This document shows, one piece after another, positions 23,434 through 32,000 of a DNA stretch of 32,000 nt. Source of the stretch: Anaerolineaceae bacterium (GTDB taxonomy: Bacteria > Chloroflexota > Anaerolineae > Anaerolineales > Anaerolineaceae); assembly GCA_040772085.1 (NCBI GenBank), contig JAXGYU010000001.1:1475366-1507365 (forward strand). Reading direction: 5' to 3'. The position numbers were made by a program, and so were the translations under genes. Position 1 is the first letter of the stretch, and each line of letters opens with the position of its first letter. The notes under the pieces are model-generated. The model made no database searches. It was not told the origin of the DNA and saw nothing but the letters and a program-made list of their open reading frames with translations.

Positions 23434-23919
23434 TTACTTCAATAAATCGTGCGCGTGGTGGCGCGCGCCATTGACTGTTGGTTCTTCATCCTTTGAATCG
23501 GAGAAGGCTTCCACCACCGGCAATACCTGAGCCTCGATCGCGTCACGCACCTCACGGAACACCGGCAACTGCTCTATAAGCGTGCCTTGCGCCTTGGCAG
23601 GGTCAGGGAAACCGATGTGCAGCCGCTTGCCGCCATACGGCCAGAACGGACAGTTTTCCGCCGCGGCATCGCAGACCGAAATGACCATGTCAAACGCCTG
23701 CCCGGCGAAATGGCTCATCGATTTCGAAGTCCCCTGATGATCGATGTCTCGTTCGGCCAGCACTGCCAGCGCCGCTGGGTGGACGTAGCCTGCCGGCTGT
23801 GTGCCGGCACTGAACGCCTCCCAATGGTCGCCCAATCGCGCGTTCACCAGCGCCTCAGCCATCTGACTGCGCGCTGAATTTCCCGTACACAAAAACAAAA
23901 CCCGGTACCTGGCGCTCAT
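23434..23919 (-). CDS. arsC: Arsenate reductase, LMW-PTPase family (thioredoxin-coupled type)
   Basis: VLFLCTGNSARSQMAEAL (CX5R P-loop) plus VISVCDAAAENCPFWP (the Cys pair of the disulfide cascade). Confidence 0.9.
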   Translation of the reverse strand: MSARYRVLFLCTGNSARSQMAEALVNARLGDHWEAFSAGTQPAGYVHPAALAVLAERDIDHQGTSKSMSHFAGQAFDMVISVCDAAAENCPFWPYGGKRLHIGFPDPAKAQGTLIEQLPVFREVRDAIEAQVLPVVEAFSDSKDEEPTVNGARHHAHDLLK

Positions 23920-24611
23920 GCGGCACCGCCCGGCAAAACTTCCGTTGTATCCAATTCTTTTACTTCTCCTGTATTGACATAAACAATTCGTTCACAAATA
24001 TTGATCACCCGATCCGCCAGCCTTTCCAGGTTGTGCGCGGCCCACATCAGGTAGCTCACCGTCTCCGCTTGCTGCGGATCCTTAATCATCAACTGCATCA
24101 AACCCTTGTGGACGCGGTTATAGAGCGTGTCGACCTGGTCATCATCAGCCGCGATGCTGCGGGCTGTCTCGACATCATTCGCGGTGAAGGCGTTCAATGC
24201 CCGGCGCAGCATCGAAAGTCCCATATCAGCCATGGACTGCAAGTCTTTCATCACCTCGGGGTAATTGACTTCTTCCAGCATCAGGTTGATCTTGGAGATG
24301 CCTTTGGCATAATCGCCGATGCGCTCGAGCTCGGTGATGATCTCCATGATGGCTGCCAGGTAACGCACATCGCGCCCCATCGGCTGCTGGGTAGCGAGCA
24401 GAATGATGCATTCATTTTCAATGGCATAACGGCGCTCGTTGATCACCTGGTCCTGCTGATAAATCACGCGGGCGAGGTTGCGGTCCTGACGCTTGAGCGC
24501 GTCTACCGCCTTGATGACAGCCTGTTCGACCAGGCTGCCGAGGATCAGCACCTCATCCATCAATCGCTTCAGATGGCGGTCAAAGGTCAGGCGCGTGGTG
24601 TACAAAGTCAT
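23916..24611 (-). CDS. phoU: Phosphate signalling complex protein PhoU
   Basis: 231 aa, two-repeat helical protein. ...ELERIGDYAKGI and NLERLADRVINICE (duplicated E(x)3D-type PhoU motifs). Follows pstB. Confidence 0.9.
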   Translation of the reverse strand: MTLYTTRLTFDRHLKRLMDEVLILGSLVEQAVIKAVDALKRQDRNLARVIYQQDQVINERRYAIENECIILLATQQPMGRDVRYLAAIMEIITELERIGDYAKGISKINLMLEEVNYPEVMKDLQSMADMGLSMLRRALNAFTANDVETARSIAADDDQVDTLYNRVHKGLMQLMIKDPQQAETVSYLMWAAHNLERLADRVINICERIVYVNTGEVKELDTTEVLPGGAA

Positions 24612-24628
24612 AAATAGCCTCTAATTGT

Positions 24629-25426
24629 CTAACCGAACCTGCCGGTAATATACGCCTCGGTACGCGGGTCGGAGGGTCTGGTGAAGATATCCGTCGTCGC
24701 GCCGTATTCAACCAGTATGCCGGCACGGTCTTCATCCATGGTGAGGAAGGCAGTGTTATCTGAAACGCGGGCTGCCTGCTGCATGTTATGCGTGACGACG
24801 ATAATGCTGAAATCCTGCGCCAGTTCGCGCATCAGCTCTTCAATCTTTAATGTCGCGATGGGATCCAGCGCTGAAGCCGGTTCGTCCATCAGGATAATCT
24901 GCGGCTGAATGGCAATGGCGCGCGCGATGCACAAGCGCTGCTGCTGACCGCCCGAGAGCGACAGCCCGCTCTGCTTCAGCTTGTCCTTGACCTCGTCCCA
25001 CAGCGCTGCCTTGCGCAGGCAATGTTCGACCCATTCGTCCATGTTGGGCGCGCCAATACCGGTGCTGAAACCATTGATGCGCGGTCCCCAGGCGACATTT
25101 TCATAGATCGATTTCGGGAAGGGGTTCGGCTTCTGGAAGACCATGCCGATCTGCCGGCGAACGTTGACGGGATCGATATCAGGCGCGTAAATATTCTCGC
25201 CCCTGAAGAGAATCTCACCCTCCAGCCGCGCGCCGGGGACCAGCTCATTCATGCGGTTGAACGATCGCAGCAGCGTCGATTTACCGCAGCCTGACGGCCC
25301 GATGATCGCGGTGACTTTGTTCTCTTCCACCGCCACCGAGATATTTTTGATCGCCCTGAAAGAGCCATAGTAGATGCTGATGTCATTGGCTTCAATGGCG
25401 TATGAGCTCTTTTCATCAACGGTCAT
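24629..25426 (-). CDS. pstB: Phosphate ABC transporter ATP-binding protein
   Basis: [71 protein letters not shown] 25426 (MTVDEK) is preferred over the longer track start. Confidence 0.95.
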   Translation of the reverse strand: MTVDEKSSYAIEANDISIYYGSFRAIKNISVAVEENKVTAIIGPSGCGKSTLLRSFNRMNELVPGARLEGEILFRGENIYAPDIDPVNVRRQIGMVFQKPNPFPKSIYENVAWGPRINGFSTGIGAPNMDEWVEHCLRKAALWDEVKDKLKQSGLSLSGGQQQRLCIARAIAIQPQIILMDEPASALDPIATLKIEELMRELAQDFSIIVVTHNMQQAARVSDNTAFLTMDEDRAGILVEYGATTDIFTRPSDPRTEAYITGRFG

Positions 25427-26666
25427 AAAGTGCCTTCCTGTAACGATTGCGCATGATGATGGCAATCGCGTTAAGTGAGAGTAACATGATCAACAGCACC
25501 AATATAGCACCAGCGGCAAGATTGCGAAACTCCGGTTGCGGGCGCGCCGTCCACTGGTAGATCTGGATCGGCAGGCTGGTGAATTTTGAGAAGGGGCTGT
25601 TCGGATCGAAGGTGATATATGTCGCCGCGCCAACCACGACCAACGGAGCGGTTTCACCGATGGCGCGCGAGATGGCGAGGATGGTGCCGGTCATGATGCC
25701 CGGGATAGCGCTCGGCAGCACATGATGCCAGATCGTCTGCCACTTGGTCGCGCCCAGTCCATAACTTGCCTGACGCAAGGCGTTGGACACCGACCGGATG
25801 GCTTCCTGGGCGTTGATGATGATCAGCGGCAGTACCAGCAATGCCAGCGTCCAGCCAGCGGAGAGCACGGTGCGCCCGTTGGCGGTGCCCGGCTCACCGA
25901 TGCCGAAAATGGCGCCGCTGGTGATCGGCTCCAGGGTACGGACGAAGATCGCCAGTCCCAGCATACCGTAAATAATGGAGGGAACGCCGGCGAGATTGGC
26001 GATATTGGTCTGGATGACACGGTTCAATCTGGAGTCAGCCGCGTACTCCTCGAGGTAAATGGCAGCGCCGACACCAATGGGAAACGCCACCAAAATGGTA
26101 ATCAGGATCGTCCAGAGTGAACCGAGGACGGCTGTGCGCACGCCCGCCAGCAAGGGGTCGGATGATTGCGGATGGGTCAGCATCTTTTTGCTGATCCAGT
26201 TCTGAAAGCGCAGTTCGCCTTTGGGCACCTTCGCTTCAAATTCCGCCTGGATCTGGTCACGATGGAAGAGGGAATCGTAGAGCAGCCAGGTTTGCGCGAC
26301 CTGCGGTTTGACAACTTCCTCCCAGACCAGGTCATAAATGTTTTCAGTGCTGCGTTCTTCCCAGGGTATCTCACGATTCAATTGGCGGAAACGTCCTTTT
26401 GAGATATTTGCCTCCAGGGTAACCATCAACGTTTCTTTATCCTGAGACTCAATCGGCACGCCGTTGACCGCCAGCGTATCGGGGTCCACTTTGGTTTTGA
26501 AGGCGACGTAACCAAACGCCTGATTGATGATATTGAGCAGCAGCAGCGCCAGGAAGACAATGCCGACTGCCGTCGATGCCAGGAAGATGACATTCCAGAT
26601 CTTCTCGGAACGGTGCCGCTTTTCGACATTGCTGACGAATTTCGGGGTCAGATGGCTGCTGCTCAT
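25416..26666 (-). CDS. pstA: Phosphate ABC transporter permease PstA (long form with a large N-terminal loop)
   Basis: C-terminal half has the EAA-type core ...[34 protein letters not shown] overlap with pstC. Confidence 0.9.
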   Translation of the reverse strand: MSSSHLTPKFVSNVEKRHRSEKIWNVIFLASTAVGIVFLALLLLNIINQAFGYVAFKTKVDPDTLAVNGVPIESQDKETLMVTLEANISKGRFRQLNREIPWEERSTENIYDLVWEEVVKPQVAQTWLLYDSLFHRDQIQAEFEAKVPKGELRFQNWISKKMLTHPQSSDPLLAGVRTAVLGSLWTILITILVAFPIGVGAAIYLEEYAADSRLNRVIQTNIANLAGVPSIIYGMLGLAIFVRTLEPITSGAIFGIGEPGTANGRTVLSAGWTLALLVLPLIIINAQEAIRSVSNALRQASYGLGATKWQTIWHHVLPSAIPGIMTGTILAISRAIGETAPLVVVGAATYITFDPNSPFSKFTSLPIQIYQWTARPQPEFRNLAAGAILVLLIMLLSLNAIAIIMRNRYRKALYDR

Positions 26667-27589
26667 TCCTGCACCTCGCGGAACTTGCGCACGATGTACT
26701 GGCTGATCATATTGAGCACCAGCGTGATCAGGAAGAGGAAGAGACCGATGGCGAACAGGCTGTTGTAATCGACCGAGTCGTAACTCAGGTCACCGCCCGA
26801 GATGCGGACAATATGACCGGTCATGGTCTCAGCACCTTTGAATGGATTGAAGGTAAAGTTAGGCCCGGCGCCAGCTGCCAGCGCGACGATCATGGTCTCA
26901 CCGATGGCGCGCGAAACACCGACAATGAACGCCGCCGCGATGCCGGAGATGGCAGCCGGCACAACGACTTTGATGGCGGTCTCGAGCTTGGTCGCGCCAA
27001 GTCCGTACGCGGCTTCACGCAAGGCGCGCGGCACCGCGGAGAGCGCGTCCTCACTCATGGAGGAGATCAGCGGCAGGATCAGGATGCCCATCACCAGACC
27101 GGCTGAGGCGGTGTTGTAGATGTTGACTGTGTCTACGCCGAAGATTGTGCGCAGCAGCGGCGTCATGAAGGTGAGCGCGAAGTAACCGTAAACCACGGTC
27201 GGGATGCCGGCGAGCACTTCCAGCACGGGTTTGAGAAAATTGCGCACCTTCGTGCTGGCGTATTCGCTCAGGTAAATTGCCACGGCCAGGCCCAGCGGTA
27301 ACGCGATCATCATGGCGACGCTGGTCGTCAGTAAAGTCGCATTCAGCAGCGGCAGAATACCGAACTCACCCGCTGCGGGCTGCCACTTTGTATTGGTGAA
27401 GAACTCCCACAAGGTAACTTCAGGCAACTTGAAGAACAGAAACGCTTCCTTGCCGATTTCATAAACAATTCCCACGGTGATGAAAATGGAAAAGATGCCG
27501 CAAAACAACAGGAACATCTGAATGAAGCGTTCGCTGACGCGCGGTTTGCGGCGTAATTCTCTGGCGAGATCGCTTTCCTTCCGAACCAT
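26663..27589 (-). CDS. pstC: Phosphate ABC transporter permease PstC
   Basis: LSAVPRALREAAYGLGATKLETAIKVVVP. The start is set at ATG 27589 because the TTG 27682 track start would place a 13-bp perfect hairpin inside the coding sequence. Confidence 0.85.
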   Translation of the reverse strand: MVRKESDLARELRRKPRVSERFIQMFLLFCGIFSIFITVGIVYEIGKEAFLFFKLPEVTLWEFFTNTKWQPAAGEFGILPLLNATLLTTSVAMMIALPLGLAVAIYLSEYASTKVRNFLKPVLEVLAGIPTVVYGYFALTFMTPLLRTIFGVDTVNIYNTASAGLVMGILILPLISSMSEDALSAVPRALREAAYGLGATKLETAIKVVVPAAISGIAAAFIVGVSRAIGETMIVALAAGAGPNFTFNPFKGAETMTGHIVRISGGDLSYDSVDYNSLFAIGLFLFLITLVLNMISQYIVRKFREVQE

Positions 27590-27644
27590 TTTCCGTGAGT
27601 TATCAGTTATTTCCACTATTTTTTCCCAATTCTTTAGCCAATTG

Positions 27645-27673
27645 ACCGCAGGTTTCTGGTAGAAACCTGCGGT
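27645..27673 (-). other. Intercistronic pstS-pstC stem-loop
   Basis: ACCGCAGGTTTCT-ggt-AGAAACCTGCGGT, a perfect 13-bp stem, 21 nt after the pstS stop. No T-tract follows. Confidence 0.7.
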
Positions 27674-27693
27674 CTGTACCAATAATCAACCTA

Positions 27694-28839
27694 TTATTTG
27701 ACTGCGTCCAGCAGAGCCTGCTTGGCGCTATTCAGCGCTTCAACGCTCGCCGGGAAATACCCAACCGTCTGAATTTCTTCGTCAACATAGCTCAGGTAGA
27801 AGTTCACAAACGCTGCCACTTGCGGCTTGTCCTTGAGGATCTTGGCGTCTGAGTAGATGAACAGCGGGCGAGCCAGTTTGTAGGTGTTCGCTTCTGCCGA
27901 TTCGAAGGAAGGCGCCACACCATCCAGTGCCAGCGCGTTCAGCTTGCCTTCGTTCTCAGAGTAGTACGCGAAGCCGAAGTAACCGATAGCATATTTCGAG
28001 CCTTCCACGCCCTGCACCAGCACGTTGTCATCCTCAGAGAGCTGCAGGTTCGCGGCGCCCAGAATATCCTTCTCGCCAGCTTCCAGGTCTGCTTTACCGT
28101 CGGCTTTCTTGTTCAGCGGTCCCATCACCATTTCAACAAAGAAGTCGAAGGTGCCGGAATCGGTGCCGGGGGAGAAGCGCAGAATGTCTTCAGCGGGCCA
28201 GTCAGCACGAACGTCTGACCACTTGGTCGTCTTGCTCGAGAACAGTTTGCCAAGTTCTTCCAGCGTGACGTCTTTGGCAAAGTCATTCTCTTTGCTGACA
28301 ACTACTGCCAGGGCATCGGTGCCGACACGGAATTCGATCGGCGTGCGGCCGATGGCTTTGCAGCTTTCAACTTCACTGTCCTTGATGCCGCGTGAGGCAT
28401 TGGCAATGTCAGTTTCACCGGTCTTGCAGAAGCGTTCGAAACCACCACCTGAACCAATGCTGTCGATGGTGATGTTGCCGCCGAAGCCTTCATTCTTGAA
28501 ACGCTCGGCCATCGCCTCAGAGAGCGGGAATACCGTCGATGAACCAGCCGAGATGATGTTGCCGCTCACGCTGGCAGGATCGATCTCAGGCAGTACGATC
28601 GGTTCAGCTTTAGGTGCAGCAGCCTCGGTTGCTTTTGGCGCCTCGGTGGCTGCAGGCGCTTCAGTCGCTTTCGGTGCTTCAGTCGCCGGAGCTTCAGTTT
28701 TCACAACTTCCGTCGCCTTGGGCGCTTCGGTCGCGGGTGCTTCAGTCGCTGGGGCTGGTGTCGCCGCTGGCGCGCATGCTGATAAAACCAGCATCGCAAC
28801 GATCACTACTGAAAATAGTACGGACAATTTGCGTTGCAT
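27694..28839 (-). CDS. pstS: Phosphate-binding lipoprotein PstS
   Basis: MQRKLSVLFSVVIVAMLVLSAC (lipobox), ISAGSSTVFPLSEAMAERF, IDSIGSGGGFERF, ANASRGIK. GGAGG lies 5 nt before ATG 28839. Confidence 0.9.
   Translation of the reverse strand: MQRKLSVLFSVVIVAMLVLSACAPAATPAPATEAPATEAPKATEVVKTEAPATEAPKATEAPAATEAPKATEAAAPKAEPIVLPEIDPASVSGNIISAGSSTVFPLSEAMAERFKNEGFGGNITIDSIGSGGGFERFCKTGETDIANASRGIKDSEVESCKAIGRTPIEFRVGTDALAVVVSKENDFAKDVTLEELGKLFSSKTTKWSDVRADWPAEDILRFSPGTDSGTFDFFVEMVMGPLNKKADGKADLEAGEKDILGAANLQLSEDDNVLVQGVEGSKYAIGYFGFAYYSENEGKLNALALDGVAPSFESAEANTYKLARPLFIYSDAKILKDKPQVAAFVNFYLSYVDEEIQTVGYFPASVEALNSAKQALLDAVK
28600..28773 (-). repeat. Tandem low-complexity coding repeats (PstS tether)
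   Basis: Encodes APAATPAPATEAPATEAPKATEVVKTEAPATEAPKATEAPAATEAPKATEAAAPKAEP. The DNA shows reiterated GCTTCAGTCGC / GCTTCGGTCGC units. Confidence 0.8.
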
Positions 28840-28872
28840 TCTTTCCTCCAAAATCCAATAATTTATGCTTTT

Positions 28873-28960
28873 CATATGGTTCAAAGCATAACAAACACAA
28901 GTTAATGGAGGTGCAACACCGAGTTAAGCCGCTGTTATGGCAACGTTAACGGCATGTTAA
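28873..28960 (-). promoter_or_regulatory. Pho-box-like array upstream of pstS
   Basis: On the minus strand, eight consecutive 11-nt frames begin TTAAC, TTAAC, ATAAC, TTAAC, TTGCA, TTAAC, TTGTT, TGAAC. The array ends about 20 nt before an ATAAAT/TAAATT -10-like element. Confidence 0.6.
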
Positions 28961-28963
28961 CAG

Positions 28964-28987
28964 CAAACCGCCCGAGCTCTCGGGCGG
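28964..28987 (-). terminator. Candidate terminator/attenuator after the kinase gene
   Basis: CCGCCCGAG-CT-CTCGGGCGG followed by only TTTG on the minus strand (weak U-tract). Confidence 0.5.
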
Positions 28988-29006
28988 CATGTAAATTGAG
29001 TGAATG

Positions 29007-30764
29007 CTAAGCCTTCGGCACGGTGAAAAAGAAGGTGCTGCCTTTATCCTGCTGGCTGGTCACGCCGATCTGTCCGCCATGCAGTTCGACCATATGCCGG
29101 GCGATAGCCAGCCCCAGGCCGGTGCCGCTGCTGGTGCGACTCTTGTCTGCCTTGTAGAAGCGTTCGAAAATGCGGTTTTGTTCTTCCTCGGCAATGCCTT
29201 TGCCGGTATCCGTGACCGCGAAACGCACAAACTCCCCTTCTTCCCGAGCGCTGACCTGAATGGAGCCTCCGGGCGGGGTGTACTTGACCGCGTTATGCAG
29301 CAAATTGACCAGCACTTGCTGCAGCCTAACGGCGTCAGCGTTGATCTTGGGCAATGCCTCGTCGAAGGCTGAGGTCAATGTCAACCCATTCCGGTCAGCC
29401 TGCAGGCTCAGGCGCTCGACCACCGGCGCGATGATCTCACCCGGACTGACCGCTTTGAGCTCCAGCGGTACACGGCCCGATTCGATGCGCGAGAGCTCAA
29501 GCAGTTCGGCGACCATCAGCGACATTGAATCTACTTCAGTTTCAATCTGGCTCAGGAAGCGGTTGGCAGCTTCAGTATCCTCCAGCGCGCCATCCTGGAG
29601 GGTCTCGGTGAGAGCCTTGATGCTTGCCAGCGGTGTGCGCAGCTCGTGCGACACATTGCTGATAAAGTCGCGCCGGATGGTCTCGGTCTGACGCAGCTTG
29701 GTGATGTCCTGAAAACTCAGGAGCACATTCTCATGCAGGATCGTGCCGAGCGGTGTGGCAGTGCCAAGCAAGGTCAGCTTGCGGTCGCGCGTCTCGAACT
29801 GTCCGTCCTGGCTCGCGTTGGTCGACTTGCTGCGCTGGAAGATCTCAACCGGCAGGTAATGCCCGGTCACTTCGATCAGCGACTTGCCGGCAGCGCTGTC
29901 CTCCTTCATCTCAAACATCTTCTCGGCAGCCGGGTTCATCGAAACGATTTTGCCGTCGCGGTCGACCAGCATCACGCCATCGGTCATGCGGTTTTGCACC
30001 GCCGCGAGCCGCGCGCGTTCAGCATCAATGGTGTTGATCTGTTCCTGGAGCTTCGAGGACATGATGTTGAAGGAGTGCGTCAGCTTGCCGATCTCTTCCA
30101 TTGATGAAGGTATGATCTGGTCAGTCTTCTGTCCGGCAGCCAGTTGCTCAGCCGCTTCGGTCAATTCCAGCACCGGCTTGGAAATCTGCCTTGAGATAAA
30201 AAGCGCCAGCAATAATGAAAGCAGTGCAGCCAGAGCCGTCATTGTCAGGAGCATGCGCTGCAGGCTGGAGATGCTGGTGCGGATCGCGACCAGCGGCAAC
30301 GCGACGCGCGCCACCCCCAATTTCTCTCCCGCGGGCGAAGTGACCACGCTGGCTGAGTACATCATGTCAAAGCCGATCGTGCGGCTGAAGCGGATGCTGC
30401 TGCCGGTACCATTCTCCATTGCGGCAATAAATTCAGGCCGGTCAGAATGATCGACCATCGTCTCAGGGTCGCGGTCTGATTCGCCAACCACCATGCCGTC
30501 CTTGTCGATGATGGTGACGCGTTTGCCGAGCAATTTATGCAATTCAAGCACATGCTGTTCCAGCGTAGCGGAATTCTGACCGCTCATATCTTCCGGCGTC
30601 AGTCTGGACGCGATCAGGACGGCTTCCGAGATCTGCTTTTCACGCAAAGTATCGAGATAGACACGCTCGACGTACTTCGAGAAAAACAGTCCCATGCCGA
30701 CCATAACCAGCAGGATCAGCAGAATGAATGGCAAAGCAATTCGCCAGCGAATTGATGAGAACAT
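29007..30764 (-). CDS. phoR: Sensor histidine kinase, PhoR-like (TM / extracytoplasmic / TM / HAMP / PAS / HisKA / HATPase)
   Basis: FISNVSHELRTPLASI (H-box), LLHNAVKYTP (N-box), DTGKGI (G1), GTGLGLAI (G2). Adjacent to the pst operon. Confidence 0.8.
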   Translation of the reverse strand: MFSSIRWRIALPFILLILLVMVGMGLFFSKYVERVYLDTLREKQISEAVLIASRLTPEDMSGQNSATLEQHVLELHKLLGKRVTIIDKDGMVVGESDRDPETMVDHSDRPEFIAAMENGTGSSIRFSRTIGFDMMYSASVVTSPAGEKLGVARVALPLVAIRTSISSLQRMLLTMTALAALLSLLLALFISRQISKPVLELTEAAEQLAAGQKTDQIIPSSMEEIGKLTHSFNIMSSKLQEQINTIDAERARLAAVQNRMTDGVMLVDRDGKIVSMNPAAEKMFEMKEDSAAGKSLIEVTGHYLPVEIFQRSKSTNASQDGQFETRDRKLTLLGTATPLGTILHENVLLSFQDITKLRQTETIRRDFISNVSHELRTPLASIKALTETLQDGALEDTEAANRFLSQIETEVDSMSLMVAELLELSRIESGRVPLELKAVSPGEIIAPVVERLSLQADRNGLTLTSAFDEALPKINADAVRLQQVLVNLLHNAVKYTPPGGSIQVSAREEGEFVRFAVTDTGKGIAEEEQNRIFERFYKADKSRTSSGTGLGLAIARHMVELHGGQIGVTSQQDKGSTFFFTVPKA

Positions 30765-30978
30765 AAGACCTCACTTTGTGAAGAAACTCTTCACATTCTT
30801 ACATGCATTATATCTAGTTCAGCCAATTAGGCGATACGATGTGTGTTAAGGTTTGATTAATAGCTGGCGTTCTCCTGCCAATATTTGAAATGCTGCCGGC
30901 GATAGATTAAAATGGTGCCACTACGTTGACGCCCTGAATCGACGGATACTAGACACAGGGGAATGAAGGAGCAAGGAA

Positions 30979-32000
30979 ATGGTTATTGAGCAACAAGTAC
31001 TGGACGCGCTGCGTAAGGTGATCGACCCTGAACTGGGCAAGAACATTGTCGAACTGGGCATGGTCAAAGACCTGAAAATTTCGGACGAAGGTAAGGTGAG
31101 TTTTACCCTGAACCTGACTGTCGCTGGCTGCCCGCTCAAGCATCGCATGTCGTCTGACGCGCAACAGGCGCTGAGCGAAGTGCAGAATGTAACCGGGGTT
31201 GAGATCAACTTCGGCGAGATGAGCCCGGATGAAAAAGCCGAGCTGCGGAAAAAATTGGGGCAGGACCTGCCCAAGATCAATCTGTTCAACAATGTCAAAC
31301 GCGTCGTCGCCGTAATGAGCGGCAAAGGCGGCGTTGGCAAATCTTCGGTGACCAGCATGCTGGCGGTTGAGCTGCGCAGGCAGGGTCACCGCGTTGGCAT
31401 TCTGGACGCCGATATCACCGGTCCCAGCATCCCGCGCATGTTTGGCCTCGAGAGCGGCGGCTTGAAGGGCAGTGATCAGGGGATATTGCCGGCAGTGACA
31501 GGGGGCGGCATCAAGGTCATCTCGACCAACCTGCTGATGTCTGATGAGAACCTGCCGGTGATCTGGCGCGGACCAATGATCTCGGGTGCCATCAAACAAT
31601 TCTGGACCGATGTCCTGTGGGGCAAACTGGATGTACTGCTGGTGGACATGCCGCCCGGTACCTCGGATGCCGCCCTGACCGTGATGCAGTCTCTGCCAAT
31701 CGATGGCGTTGTGCTGGTGACGACACCGCAGCAGTTGGCCGGCATGGTGGTGCATAAGGCAGTCAATATGCTCAAGCAAATGAACAAGCGCATCCTGGCG
31801 GTTGTGGAAAATATGAGTTATTTCGTCTGCCCGACGTGTGATACGCGCCACGAGATTTTCGGCGCCAGTCACGCCCAGGAGAACGCCAGGGCGAGCGGCT
31901 TGAGTGACTTTTTGCGGCTGCCGCTGGATATGGCTGTGACTGAGAAGAGTGATTCGGGTCAGGTGGAGACGCTGGACACCTTTGCGTTGAGCGACCTGGC
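30979..32000 (+). CDS. apbC: Mrp/ApbC/NBP35-family Fe-S cluster carrier ATPase; 3-prime end beyond the window
   Basis: Absent from the ORF track (open to the window edge). Manual translation gives MVIEQQVLDALRKVIDPELGKNIVELGMV (DUF59-like N-terminus), VMSGKGGVGKSSVT (deviant Walker A), VDMPPGTSD and the CPTCD (CxxC) motif. SD GAAGGAG. Confidence 0.9.
   Translation, partial: MVIEQQVLDALRKVIDPELGKNIVELGMVKDLKISDEGKVSFTLNLTVAGCPLKHRMSSDAQQALSEVQNVTGVEINFGEMSPDEKAELRKKLGQDLPKINLFNNVKRVVAVMSGKGGVGKSSVTSMLAVELRRQGHRVGILDADITGPSIPRMFGLESGGLKGSDQGILPAVTGGGIKVISTNLLMSDENLPVIWRGPMISGAIKQFWTDVLWGKLDVLLVDMPPGTSDAALTVMQSLPIDGVVLVTTPQQLAGMVVHKAVNMLKQMNKRILAVVENMSYFVCPTCDTRHEIFGASHAQENARASGLSDFLRLPLDMAVTEKSDSGQVETLDTFALSDL

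Noticed and set aside
28025-28949. Plus-strand ORFs 28025-28861 and 28614-28949
   Set aside because: They are antisense to pstS. Their Ser/Ala/Val low-complexity sequence mirrors the ATEAPK repeats.
30949-31872. 307-aa minus-strand ORF
   Set aside because: It is antisense to the strongly recognisable Mrp/ApbC gene (GKGGVGKS, CPTC) and is His/Arg/Gln-rich with no motifs.

Overview
This is a densely coded, moderately GC-rich bacterial chromosomal window with about 30 protein genes. I saw no rRNA, tRNA, CRISPR array, transposase or integrase. Shine-Dalgarno sites are AAGGAG/GGAGG-like, and many adjacent genes share ATGA stop/start overlaps. I cannot assign a taxon from the sequence alone.

Most of the window is metal(loid) and phosphate homeostasis modules:
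- A P1B-type ATPase followed by a CsoR-family repressor, with a C/G-tract palindromic operator (3000-5344).
- A DUF305 protein (6870-7349).
- An ars operon, arsR / Trx-like / acr3 / ArsP-like permease / methyltransferase (14215-18211).
- zur-znuA-znuC-znuB with a perfect 14-1-14 Fur-type box (20206-23289).
- pstS-pstC-pstA-pstB-phoU-arsC with 11-bp phased TTAAC repeats, plus a PhoR-like kinase (23434-30764).

Other content:
- An edge-truncated secreted VWA protein that is absent from the ORF track.
- A BNR/Asp-box propeller protein.
- A proline-racemase-family enzyme.
- A ygeY/ygeW-like pair.
- A membrane-anchored P-loop/TPR protein.
- A ferritin-like protein.
- hpt.
- An acyl-ACP thioesterase.
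- An edge-truncated Mrp/ApbC ATPase.

The items most worth a second look:
- The csoR homolog has no canonical start codon for its conserved N-terminus.
- A 640-bp repeat and hairpin cluster lies between convergent genes (10829-11472).
- The TM-NTPase-TPR protein.
- arsC is translationally coupled to phoU.
- The arsR and zur promoters look leaderless and are overlapped by their operators.

I found no clearly novel multi-gene system. All functional calls rest on motif recognition by eye, not database searches.
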